DNA of 64,000 nucleotides from Rotaria socialis (Eukaryota): NCBI GenBank assembly GCA_905331295.1, contig CAJNYD010000185.1, positions 62,001 to 126,000 of the forward strand, read 5' to 3'. Shown piece by piece: positions 37,737 to 50,016 of this stretch (position 1 is its first letter; each line of letters starts with the position of its first letter). The notes under the pieces were generated by a model. It saw only the letters and a program-made list of their open reading frames with translations, ran no database searches and was not told where the DNA came from. The position numbers and the translations under genes were made by a program.

Positions 37737-40289
37737 GCATAAAATATAAATCTACAAATGAATACATTTATTTGTTATTCATCGCTTATACACAGATAGA
37801 GAGAGCGAGTGAGAGACGGAAAGAGAGAGAGAGAAAGAAAGAAAGGGCAGAAAAAATCTTTCAGGGTCAGTCGAAAGTAACAGCTGTCATTCTCTTTTTA
37901 TACAATAGTCATTAGTTCGACGTCTATTCATAACTTGACCTCTCATGATAATATGACGTATTCAAAATATGTTTCATGTTGTTTAACGATGATCTATCAT
38001 CATATAGATATATCTATGCAGATACATTTCTAGACACCAAATGACCACAAATGATCATCGTCATTGTGCACTTCGCTTGTCTCGACAGAATAAAGTAATC
38101 AGCATAATTAGATTATGGTGATAGATTAATCTAATGAAGAATGTGCAGTAGAAAAATCGGACATACTTTGATCTCAAACTGACTGATATCTGTTAACGTT
38201 TTTGTTATAAGAATGAAAACACGTCGAAAAAACTCTGTATGATACCACAAACAAGTCCAAGTTATATATACCGATGACAGAATAAAGGCAAGATGAGAAC
38301 ATCCGACTTTTTCTTATTAACGCATACGAAATAAGTTAGACACTGCCAACAACCTTGATCTGTCAACAGTATCATCGATTGTCTTGAATGCATTATTAGA
38401 AGACGCATCTAACAAGAAAAAGATGAGCATTTTATAATCTTATCGATTTAGTGCCTTGATCGTTTCTTTTCTTTCTTTCTTTTTTTTTCTTTGTGTGGTT
38501 ATAGTTGTAAACTAAATAAATTGTATTGGTCTATTTGAACTACCATTTAAATTATATTGAAAGGGAGCCATCGATTTTTACGTAGAGGTCTATTGCCCAG
38601 ACATCCAACAATTCACATGGGTTCTAACGTTCGATACTTTTGTTTTTCTTTCTTCATTGGCAATTCAATTTTTTCAAATTTGCACATCTAATGATTGTTC
38701 GACGCGATTTTTCAACTTTGTCTAGAAATGTACCCAACGCAAAAAGACTGAGATTACCTTCAAAATCATGATTAAATAACTTCACAGGAATGAAATTTTA
38801 CTTATATTTCAAACTATCAAATGACAGAAACATAGTAAATTATATGTGAGTATCCTATAGACTAAACCATGTAAAATATATAAGCAAGAAAGACAATTTA
38901 ACAAAAAAAAGAAGTCATAGTTCTGATTAATTTAAATAGAGTAAAGATCAAATATACGAATACTTCATAGTGTACAAAAATATTATTTTACCGTTGATAG
39001 AGACATGATAAACAACTTTAGAAGAGTATAAAAATAGCTTATAGACCTGGCGGAATATTAAATTAGAATGCAGATAAGATGTATAAGATAAAAACAATCG
39101 CACTTCCGACAAAATAAATTAATACTAGAAAATATAGAAGTAAATTAGTATTTATCTATAATGGCAAGTATTTCCTTTAAATGCAAATAGGAATTCGAAT
39201 GATGAATCATAAATTCTATTTATGGAAGGTTCAGAAATGGATAATATGAGTATTATTTCTAATTACACAAAGCTCTTGATAGGATTAGAGATCGCCGTAT
39301 CTCCTAAGGCGTTTCATTAGAAATTGATATCCACAACAAAGAGACATTATTAGTAAATACTATAATAAATTTTCATTGTGATATACTTACGTAACTTTTC
39401 AAGGGAACGAGATATGAAATGTGACAGCCTGTCATTCTATTGATGGTTTTATATCGTTTATCATGTTATTTTGAAAAATTAATTCATGTAGCCTTTCCAA
39501 ATTAGATGGCTATTATATTTAGTTTTTCAACGTACTTCCTCTCAAAATGTACCTAAATTTTTTAAATAGTGAATGAATTTCATAAAGAACTTCATCATCG
39601 ATTCGAATCAGTACTTCCATTTAAGTTTGATGTGCCATACCGGAAAATGGATCGATCTAATATGTTTATCTAAAACAGGGCATCATCTGTTTACAAAGTT
39701 ATGTAAGAGTTCGTTTGACGCCATGCCAAAGATAAAAAAGCGAAAAAATAATGTTTTCAATGATTCATACGCGTGATCGATTTTCGTGTTTGTTCTTTTA
39801 AGAAATATTTCTAATGCGCAGTTTCTTAGCGTAGACTGAAGAATTTTATTATTGGGTAACAATTGCGAGATAAAACATTTCGTGATGTTTTTATTCATTT
39901 GCATGGATTCGAGATCAATAAAACGCGTAGGAGTTGAGAGTTAGAACTGACTGTTCTTTCTCAATAGTACGAACAATCCGTTGTGAGTTTTATTCATCTA
40001 TCAACTTGTACAAAGTACTCATGAGATATGTTTGCAATAATTTTCAATCAAACACCAAAAATGCAGATTTTCATATTGTTCTTATTTTCCATGATACATA
40101 ATATGTAGATCCCCGAGTAAAATTCAATAGCTTGAAGCATCTTCTCAGCAGGGATTGTCATGTTTGTGAGAACTCTCGTTTTGATCAACAAACTTCGAAG
40201 GATATTATTTCAATGCTCATAAGTTCTATTTTGGAACATGATGAAGTGTTAACTAAATTTTTTCAGATCTTTTATTTTGTTATAAAAAA

Positions 40290-43200
40290 ATGATGGCCCT
40301 AGTGCCATCCACCAATACTAATAATACTCGTAATGCCAATACAGAAAAAGTATGCTATTGACTTCAATGAATAACCCATATCGAATCTCTCCTGTCTTTA
40401 TGATAGATTCATGATGAATTTCGTACTATGAAAAAATTCGTAGCCAAACCAGAACAAAACAATCAATCTGCTACTAATGACTTAACACAAATGATGGCTC
40501 GAACGGTTCATAATGTAAATATAAATAATTTTACTACAGAACCTACGATTTTAACATATTTAGGATAGAACCGATAATGGGTTGAATATGTTCAATAAAA
40601 ATGCTGGTTCGAGAGTACCTTTCAATCAAGCCCACACTCAAGATTCACGTCTGCAATTACCGGATGAGACGACATTCGAACAAGTCTACCAATTTCAACA
40701 GTATCGTGATGGAATACCAATAGCTTCAGCGGCGAATTCAAAGTAATTTGCTTGAGAAATCTATTTATTATAGAATCAAAACATTTTCTAGTAGCCGGCA
40801 ACAATATAATGATGGTATGCCACTTATATCCAATGCAGCTTCATTCATCAATCGAAATCGTCAAACGACTCCTGATAACTCTGGTATTCAATTACCATTG
40901 ATCGAAACAAATCAACCACGAGTAATTGTTTGCTATTATTTTCATTGTTGTTGATCTCATATACTGTTTCGTTTTTCTTAGCCAATGCTAAGAAATCCTC
41001 TATCGAAAAGAACATCAGAACCACTTGGTGTTTTACCTCTGAAACGTCAACGAAATCCAATTGTAAAAAATGTCTCTCTTCATCTTTTATGTTAAACACA
41101 TTTTCTCATCTCTTTAGAATTCTTCATCAGCCTTAACATCAGATGATACTAAACAAAGCCTTATCCATCTTACAGAATATGATACTACCTCACCCACTCC
41201 TCATTTTACATTTAGACCAACGACGCCAAACGCAAATGAATCACCAAGTCGCTTAAGAACTTATGATAGTCGTAAGTATATCTAGTATTTTCTTGTTTTC
41301 TCGCACTATTCATCATTCTACAATGGATTTTAGAAGGATCTGCTACATCTGTTCAACACCGTGAACCATTGAATAAATTTTCATCCCCGCCTCAATCTAT
41401 ATCTAACACGTCAACTATTGAATCACCTAGATTACGTATTAATCGAGTAAAAAAAAGTGCTCTTAATCGTCCATTATCGACATGTGATTCAGTACGAGAC
41501 AATAAAATTGCATATCGTTTGCTAATACACGATGGCCGAACAAAAGATCAAACACAAGAGTTTTTACAATTTCGACAGCATTACTCTGATGTATGGGGTG
41601 CTATTGCGAAGCTATTTGATGTATTAGAAAAACTAATGTGTAATTATTTTGTACCAATTGCATTTATCGATGGAGAAAAGTAAGATAGTTTTTGTGTTAC
41701 TTGCTTGAATTAAAATTTATTTGAACAGAGTTGCTGAACTTGTACAATTAATTGGTAGTAAACGAAAACCAACATTAAATGAACTTCTTAGTACGATTAT
41801 CAATCGAAATGAAGTCGAACGGTTAATCAAAGAACCGGTAAACATTCTACTCTAAGAAACTAATAAGATTCTGTGTTGAGAATGACAAGTTCAGAAACAA
41901 AGAGTCAAATTTTAAGATATAATTCGTACCAAGGGACTCATTCTATAATATTATCTGATACTATTGTAGGATTATACTTAAAGGGATATCTTATTGTTAC
42001 ATTAGGGTCGTCGTTTTCGTGATAAACACGGAAAACAACGAGCAGCTATCATAATTCAATCTTGTTGGCGTAGTTATCATGCTCGAAAAATTTATAAAAA
42101 CTTGAAAAAACGACGATGGGCTGCCAATGTAATTGCATCGACCTGGTTAAAACATTCTAAATTGGTTAAACTTCGAAAACAATTAAAATTGATGCGTCGT
42201 CGCCAATTCGACTTTTTTCACAAGAAACAAAGCGAATTACGAGATCAATGGTTATATATATCATCACATCGCCGTACTATTGTACATATACCATCGTTAG
42301 GTTTATCAGAATGTATTCGAAAAAACTTGGATAATTTACCGTTGAAAGAAAATTATCAAATAGGACGTTTATGCGAATTAGAAGATCCGAATATCGATGT
42401 TATTTATGTGTCACCTATGCCTGTGAACGATGAAATTTTACAGTACTATAATAGATTGGTAAGATCTGTTTTTAAGTTATTGTATCAATGACTATAGAGA
42501 CATAGGATAGGTTTCAGTAAACTCGACTAGATCTTATGAGGAATGATATTGTCATGTTGAATAAAACATAAGATTCTTTTATGATAAAGAGAATGTACTA
42601 CATATCCGTGCTTATTTTATTCTATGGCCCAATTAATGGATGCTGATATTTGAAAATAGAAAAGGTTTTTCTTTGCTAAATGTTTAGATCAGTTTACGCG
42701 CTTTGGTTGAACAGGGAAGTGAACAACCAACACCTACAACATCAAATAATACAAATGAACGATTTGTTATTATTGTTCCAGAAGCATTGAATAGATTTCC
42801 GGTCAGTTAACTATCGAGCATTATTGGAAAATAATTTTAATGTTTAGGGGCAAAATATGTGTTTGGCCAGTTTACTTAAATATAGCCCAAAAGCATTAAA
42901 ACAGTAAATAAACAAGAAGGAATATCAATAAAAAAAAAGAGCTTGTATGACTATTTTAGAATTAAAAAGTTGATAAAAGATCGTTCGGCTTATCTTGTAA
43001 CAGGAATTTCACATATTGATGATCTTTACATATCGGAATATCTTGATATTTCTATATATGGTCAGTTTCGTTTGTTGTTATGTTCAATAAAAATTTATTT
43101 TCAAATATTGAATAGGTTGCGAACCCGAATCATCCTATTTATATTCAACAAAATCAGGTTCAAAAAGAATATTTAAATCAAGTAATGTACCGATGCCTTA

Positions 43201-45168
43201 CGGTGAATATGATATATACAATCAAAAACGTCTACTCGAATCATTAGCACAATTGATTGTTGAACATCTTGATGTTCAACGATGGATATTTAAAATTGAT
43301 GATAATTACGATGGACTCGGGATTGCTTATTGTGATATTGCTACTCATCTTCCGTGCTATAAAAATGTTTTAGAAGAAGTTGAAAAATCGCCCAATCAAT
43401 CTGTACGAGTAAAAGAAAACATAAATTGTTGATTTAATTTAGCATAAGCTATCTGTGGTGGTAAATGAACGAGTACAAGTTTAATGCTGGTCTATTTTTT
43501 CTCGATTGCTCTTCTTTTACAGGATGTTTTGTTGAACGCATTAGCGCAACTAGCCCAAATCGATTCCTTGATATAAATTGTATGGCGAAGAATGTCTGAA
43601 AATGATCTTCACTAGTTCCTGCACATATGAGAATCCTCAGTTTTTATTTAAAGGCGCGAACTAATTTTTGAGATTATTCATTTTCAAGAGAGTCTATCCT
43701 ATGCAAGACGTGATCGGAAAAGCCTCTAGACTGACGAAGAATAGAAAGATATCTACATTCGAGAGGCTTCACAATAGTCAACTCTTCAGAAAAGCATATT
43801 CATTTGACGAAACTTTATTGAGTTAGTAAAATTATTTGATCGTATGGAAATTTCTACACATACTAACTATAGAAAATGAGTTCATCGCTACGCTTAGACG
43901 CTATTCACGCTAGATATCTCTGTCTGTCATCATGCGATAAATAAAGCCGTTTTTCTAATGAAAACTTCGTGTGTTCTAAAACTATCGTTCCCTTAACTCT
44001 ATTTGTGGATCACTTTTCGTCTCCAATTTCATAGGAATACTACTAAAATAAGGGACGTTAATCATACTTCAAATAGATTTTCATTAAAATCTCAATATTT
44101 TTTATTTGATTTTAGAAGCAGTCATACACACAAGTTCTATGTGAATTATCCGATGTTCTTGATAAACATACAATTTATATAAATAAAAAACAATTTAATT
44201 CTTGGCAAGAATATTTAAACGTCTTTTTATCGGAAGGCGGTATTATCGAAGCATATCCACCATCGAATTCAGTAACATCAATAACCGTATGCCTTTCAAT
44301 TGAACCTGATGGTCATTATTCATTAGTTTGTTCCGGTGACCAACTTCATGCTGAATCTCAATTTTCTTGCTGGGGTTTATCATTTCCACAGACGAGCGCC
44401 GATTCAAATCAATTAAACGAATATTGTTCGTCCATTGTCGAACAATGTCGGCAGAGAAATATTTATGGTTATATTGATATTGATTTTATAACATTTATCG
44501 ACATAAAAACTAAACAACAAAACCTGTGGGTAATTGATTTATGTATTGGCTATTCTGAACATATCTCACTTTCTCGTGTTATGCAATATATAACAACTGG
44601 AAAATTCAATCCTCAAATGCATTCGTTTACTGTTAAAATGAAACAACTAAAGCAACGATTAAGAAATTGGCAAAATGGTGCCCCTGAATATACAGTAAAA
44701 GAAAAGATTTTTTGAAATGATTTACTTTTTTTGGATAATAGATTGTTGAAAAAAATCGTTATGGCATTTTGAGCTCAAAATTGTATCATAGAAACCTGTC
44801 GAATCTTCATTATAGTATCTTTTTTCAAATTTGTCGTACACACGGTGTTGGTTTTGATATTCGAGAAAAGCAAGGAACGATTTTTACTTTGTATGAATGT
44901 GATCATCATGAACATATTGGTATGATTACAATCAGTGATACATTAAAAACTACCTTATCGAATTTCGCCTGTTATTTAAATACCATCTATCAAGAAATTA
45001 CGCCTGTAGATATGCAAGAATCGAGTAATTTTATGGTGAGCAGAAAAAAGGGCTTTCCTCTAGAAATAATATGTAAAAAAAAAACTTGAAAATTTTTATT
45101 TATAGTTAGCTGTTAATGATATTGAAAATATACTTGGTATTACTCAAGAAACAAATTCAAAGGCTTGA
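40290..45168 (+). CDS. IQCH: IQ motif-containing protein H-like, multi-exon
   Basis: IQ motif AAIIIQSCWRSYHARK, plus RRTIVHIPSLG, QIGRLCEL.DPNIDVIYVSP, LLKYSPKAL, RWIFKIDD, EGGIIEAYPP and HGVGFDIREKQGTIF. The 5' exon boundaries are less certain. Confidence 0.85.
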
Positions 45169-46189
45169 TCGAATAGTAGTACATCTTGATACAAGCAAGG
45201 TTTTCTGTTGGTTTTGTTTTGAAAATTTTTGTATATTTTGTAGTCACTTCAAGTTTTTGAAGTGTTTTTTTTAAATAAAATAACACTCATTTTCATTGAA
45301 TATTTTATTGATATAAAAATTTGCTTCGGCTACTTTATTTGTAAGATTTCATTTGTTCACTTGAAAAACTGGAGCCCAAGAATATTTTTCTTTGTTGAGG
45401 GATAATTGAAAAATTATCATTAGTAGTCTCAGTTCAAGGTAGACAAAGAGTTTCATCGTCCGTTCTTTGTGGAGTCTCTTGAGCATGCTGAAGTGTTGCA
45501 AAAACACCAGATTTTTCTGACAAATTTTTCCAGATCTATTTATATAGTTTAGTAAACTGGATGAGTAAGTCTAAGAAGTTTTGCCACAAGCCTCGGTTAT
45601 TGAAAGTTTGATACAGTTTTATTATTTCTTTTAAATGGTGAAAACCGTTGATCTCCATCTAGTTTCTGTGAAAACTTCTTCAAAAACTGCTCATTCTTCC
45701 TTACTGTGCAATGAATACTAAGTAAGGTGAGTGAACACTGCTATATTATCTTTAAAAGTTTCTCCTGCAACTCAGTGAGAAATGCAAATATTTTCAATTA
45801 TAAAAAGTTTAAAACGGCCTGAATTTGGGTCTAAATCATCTATTTTGAAACATACAAAAAATTCTTGTATGGAATTGAAGTTGAATGGAGCGCATTGGGG
45901 TCTTCTGTTCACAGATATTGTCCGTCTATAAAAAGAGCCAGATCTGAAGCATTGCATCAGTGAATATTTTGATCAAACAAATATCATATTCAATATAGCA
46001 CGTGAGACCCTTTTTAATATTTCTCAGATTTTTGCTGGGTATTAGAGATTGATGTGCATGCGATTGAAAATGAGACATGTTTTACTTTAGAAAAAATCAA
46101 TCTCTATAAATGCTTTCTACCTTTTAATAATCTTAGATTGACATGCTCAAATAATGAAAGAACAATAGAATCATTGCCAAGCATATTTG

Positions 46190-46710
46190 TTGTTGTGTAC
46201 TTAAAAAAAAAAGAGTACACTATAGAATCGGTCAGTGTGTCCGTCCGTTTATTCAATAACTCTTCACAATTACATTCGATTGAGCTGAAATTTTGTGTAC
46301 AGAATTGTCTCATCAATATCTAGGTCGAGTTCGAAGATGAGAGGGATCCGTCAAGAAATGGTTGAGTTATCGAAAAAATTGTCATTTTTGATCAGATCAT
46401 CCCTGAGGGGGAGTACAGGGATTTTTCAGAAGAGCTTTTTTTTCTCAGAATTATCCACAACATATATAAATCGACTCAGGTTTTAACGCTGATTCCAAAT
46501 CTGATATTAGTTTTGAACTAAATCGTAGCTTTCTAACGCAACATCGCCTGAAAACGTCTCAAAATGCACAAAAACTACATCCAGAAGTCAAACTGCCTAG
46601 TTTCTCATGATAATTTTGGTGTTCAGACATTTTAGAATGACTCATATATCCCATGCACTTTTTGCAGTACACATAACTCTCGGATGAAATCCGAAGTTTC
46701 CACATTTATT
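46190..46710 (+). mobile_element. Non-autonomous Helentron-associated element (HINE, DINE-1-like)
   Basis: 5' subterminal IR ttgtgtact (46193) with a nearby partner agtacac, a gtccgtccgt tract, a 3' subterminal IR agtacacat (46666), then the stem-loop aactctcgga-tgaaa-tccgaagtt and a T-rich end. Confidence 0.65.
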
Positions 46711-48356
46711 ATAAATAAAACATTACGCACGACAAAGCTTTGTACTTTCGATACCGAATACAGAATTTTATTATTTTAACATGCTTTAATAGCATGTTGC
46801 CAAGTAAAGATCATTTGAAAGGTGATAGCAAGCAAGAGTGCTTTGCTATTTCATTCTTGCTACGAAAAAATATCAAATTAGTCATAACGAAACACACCTC
46901 ATAGTGTAAATACTCTATGATCTACTCATACGATCGTAAATTTTTTTGTATTGTACGTAGCAAAAATATCATATTTGCTTGGCTAATGATCTCGACAGAA
47001 AAGATTAAATGCATTAGATACTCTTCGCCCAGAAGCAAAGTCAGCATCCGTCAGAATTCTCAAAAGTAAGATTCATGTAAAGAAACACTGGTCGACATCT
47101 GCTCTTTCATATGTGACACGCACCTTTTATCAGGCAATCCGTTTTTATGCAGAACCTTCCGATATTTTCTCTACTCACCTAATTGAAAATATGCTGTAAT
47201 CTGGCAGAGCAGGAAAGTCTTTTCTCCTCCTAGATCGTGCTTTTGTAATCACACATTCTACAATCCTCGCAGGAGTTTCACTCGAGTCAATTGCTATTCT
47301 CTTTTGTGTGAAAGAATACATTAAGATGTAGTGCATGATAGAATCGGCTTTTTGAAGTAAGTATTTTTTTTCTTGTTTATAGGTAAAAAAAGACTACTTT
47401 CATAATTAGAGCGCTACTTTCTTAGACATTATATTTTTATTTCGTGAAAATTAAGCAGTTTAAAGCGAAGTGCTCTATCATCCTCGACATGGTCGCATGA
47501 TTTTTCAAGTAAAACTAAAATAGATTATAATGGAATGAAAGCCTATATACAATTTAAAGTCCATAAACAAGCGCCTTTCACTTCCTGGTAAAACTGTAAA
47601 CTTTCCTATGGGCTCTCTATTATAGTTCCGATATATTCTGTAAGCTTCATACTAATATGTATGATAAAATATTGTTCTTATCAAGGATTAAACTTCATAC
47701 CTCCTATCGAATCTTGTCGTTGGAGAAATCTTTTTTCAAAGTGATTCTTATCGACCATTATAGTAAAACTAACAATCACTACGCATATTTTTTCTAGGAG
47801 GAGAGGCATTTTAACATACTCAAATATTTAATCAATGAATAGAATCGAATTCTATTATATGCAGCCATCTCTCTATGAATTTCAATTTTACAATGATAAT
47901 TCATAGTGGGATTTTGTTTTGTCTACCAGTCGTGGGTGTTTTTTGACGTTATACAAGATGACGCAAATCGAGATAAATGATGGCATCATTTTATTACTCA
48001 ATGGGCTCATTGTTAAATTCAGCCTTGATTATATATACGTATATATATATACAGACGTTTTATGCTTTTACTGTCCTGTCTTTATGTATGAGTCAATAAG
48101 CCCTACATTAGTGTAATCTGTAATGAAAGCTGCTATAGTAAAATTCGATATATCTCGCGTCACGATTAGATTGAAAAAATATAAAAGAACAACTGAAGAA
48201 GTTTTTTTTCATTCTGCCATTCTTCGTCATTGATCAACAGCAGGCGGTTACGAAATTAACCCCCACATACATAGACAGTCATTCGCATATATTTATACAA
48301 AATCTTGTTTTGGAAATTTCATTCATAGATCTTAACTAAAGGTGAAAATCAACCAA

Positions 48357-48683
48357 ATGAACTTCCTACATTGCATATTTATATTATTATTTCCAGTTAT
48401 TTTGTCATATCCTCATCGAGATTCAAGTGATTTTAATGATTTATTTAATATTTATATGAAACCAAGAGAGAGAAACTTTGAAGAAACCAATCGAAAATTT
48501 GGCTCTCCGCGACACAATATGCGTCCGTTCTTGCCATCATTTTCCCCACAAAAAGTATTTCAAAGTCCACTATGTCTTCCACGAGTATGGTCATGCGCTC
48601 CAAATTTACCGCCATGCTGTCCTGGTCTTATGTGCTATAGTGGTAATGCAAAACGTGGCCAATATTGTGTTGCGCGAGGATAA
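48357..48683 (+). CDS. Secreted inhibitor-cystine-knot (knottin) peptide precursor
   Basis: Signal peptide MNFLHCIFILLFPVILS, a propeptide, then C-x6-C-x6-CC-x4-C-x10-C (CLPRVWSCAPNLPPCCPGLMCYSGNAKRGQYC) ending VARG-stop. Confidence 0.85.
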   Translation: MNFLHCIFILLFPVILSYPHRDSSDFNDLFNIYMKPRERNFEETNRKFGSPRHNMRPFLPSFSPQKVFQSPLCLPRVWSCAPNLPPCCPGLMCYSGNAKRGQYCVARG

Positions 48684-49229
48684 TTATATCATAAGGAATA
48701 TTTAATTATGCTAATTTTATTTTTTGTTCTTTTTTATAAACATTTTTAAAATATATTGAAGCTTGATTCGATAATTAATTGTTTGATTAAAAACTCAAAT
48801 CCAGATTTATCTGTTTTGATTTCGATGAAGAAAATTTTTAAGCATTTTCATGATTTAACAATTCCCTCTTTCGTTGTCAAAGAAAAATTAACATAACGAC
48901 AAGTAGCAATACACGAAAATATTCAAATAATTATTCTAGGTCATTATGTAGAGTGCCAAAAAACTTTTGTTACATCCAAAATTTACATTTTAACTATTAG
49001 AATGTTTTCTACAGTTATTTTAAAGTTTATGGCTGCTTGTTTAGCATTCATGTACTTTCCTCTTAGTCTTTTTTCATCGTCGTCAAAAACGTCCGATGGT
49101 TTCCCTGTTTTTGACAATATGAGACTGTGATATGCTGACAGTAGTGCAAACGAAGGCTGATATCTAGTTGATGATCTTATTTAGTATTTGAATATTTGTT
49201 TTGAAGAAAAAAAAACTAAAACTGCCAAT

Positions 49230-50016
49230 TTAAGCAATAAAAGGTGGTCGAACAACGACGCCACTTCTGTTCACAGAAACACGGACACGATCATTTAGAA
49301 GATTCATCGTGATAAGTGATCTTTCGTAAATAGTGAATACGTCTGTTAGACCTACATATTAGATAATAATCAAATTGATCAAACCAAATTTTTTAAATCT
49401 ACTCACCACTGGCTTGTTTTATGTATGCTACAGCGTCTGTACTATTTCTGGCCAAAATGTTTGTTTCACGTCACTTTCGGCAATTGGTTCATCAGCCTTC
49501 GATGAAGCTGAAACAATGTTATAGGTTTTTATATTTTTGATTTAGCCACATAGAAAAATTCAAACCTTGATTAACACTGGTGACTGAAACGTCAATCGTT
49601 ATTCAATAGATTAGCAGTTCCAATTGCTACTCATGTGCGTTGATCATTGCCATATAAAATATTCTTTCCGTTAATTATTCTAGCTGATATTGAGTAAAAC
49701 GATACTTTGCGAAGATCATCAGGTAAGATCATTTCACACTTCAATGGAAAAGCAATTAAATTTGAAACTTATACTTGTGTTATATTTCTTGCTGGTAAAG
49801 CAGGTATTGATGTATCTTGAAAATTAACCAAAAGTATACTACCCCTAGGTATACTAGTTGATAAGAATTCATTGCCGTTAAGTAAAATGCGGCCACGAAT
49901 GCTGGGGCCAACTAATGAAACAGAGAAACTCAAATTACAAACAAAATATCTCGAAGAAATATAAAAAGCTTACTGGAATATTGTAAAACGCATAGAAATA
50001 TAATTAAACGATCCAT
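49230..50016 (-). pseudogene. Signal peptide + YbaY/YscW-like domain + potato inhibitor I (I13) domain, disrupted
   Basis: Exons 50016-49974, 49911-49566, 49507-49407 and 49351-49230 with GT-AG introns. Encodes MDRLIIFLCVLQYSIG, SIRGRI..IPRGSILLVNFQDTSIPALPA..FPL..YSISARIINGKNILYGND, FWPEIV..DAVAYIKQASG and SLITMNLLNDRVRVSVNRSGVVVRPPFIA. Stops at 49769-49771 and 49631-49633; frameshifts in exons 2 and 3. Confidence 0.8.

Noticed and set aside
38560..39900. Exon-like fragments between the RhoGEF and IQCH genes
   Set aside because: Splice-like signals are present, but frames are interrupted by stops and no family is recognisable.
45350..47330. Degraded gene or transposase flanking the Helentron element
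   Set aside because: Composition looks coding-like, but no motif could be identified with confidence.
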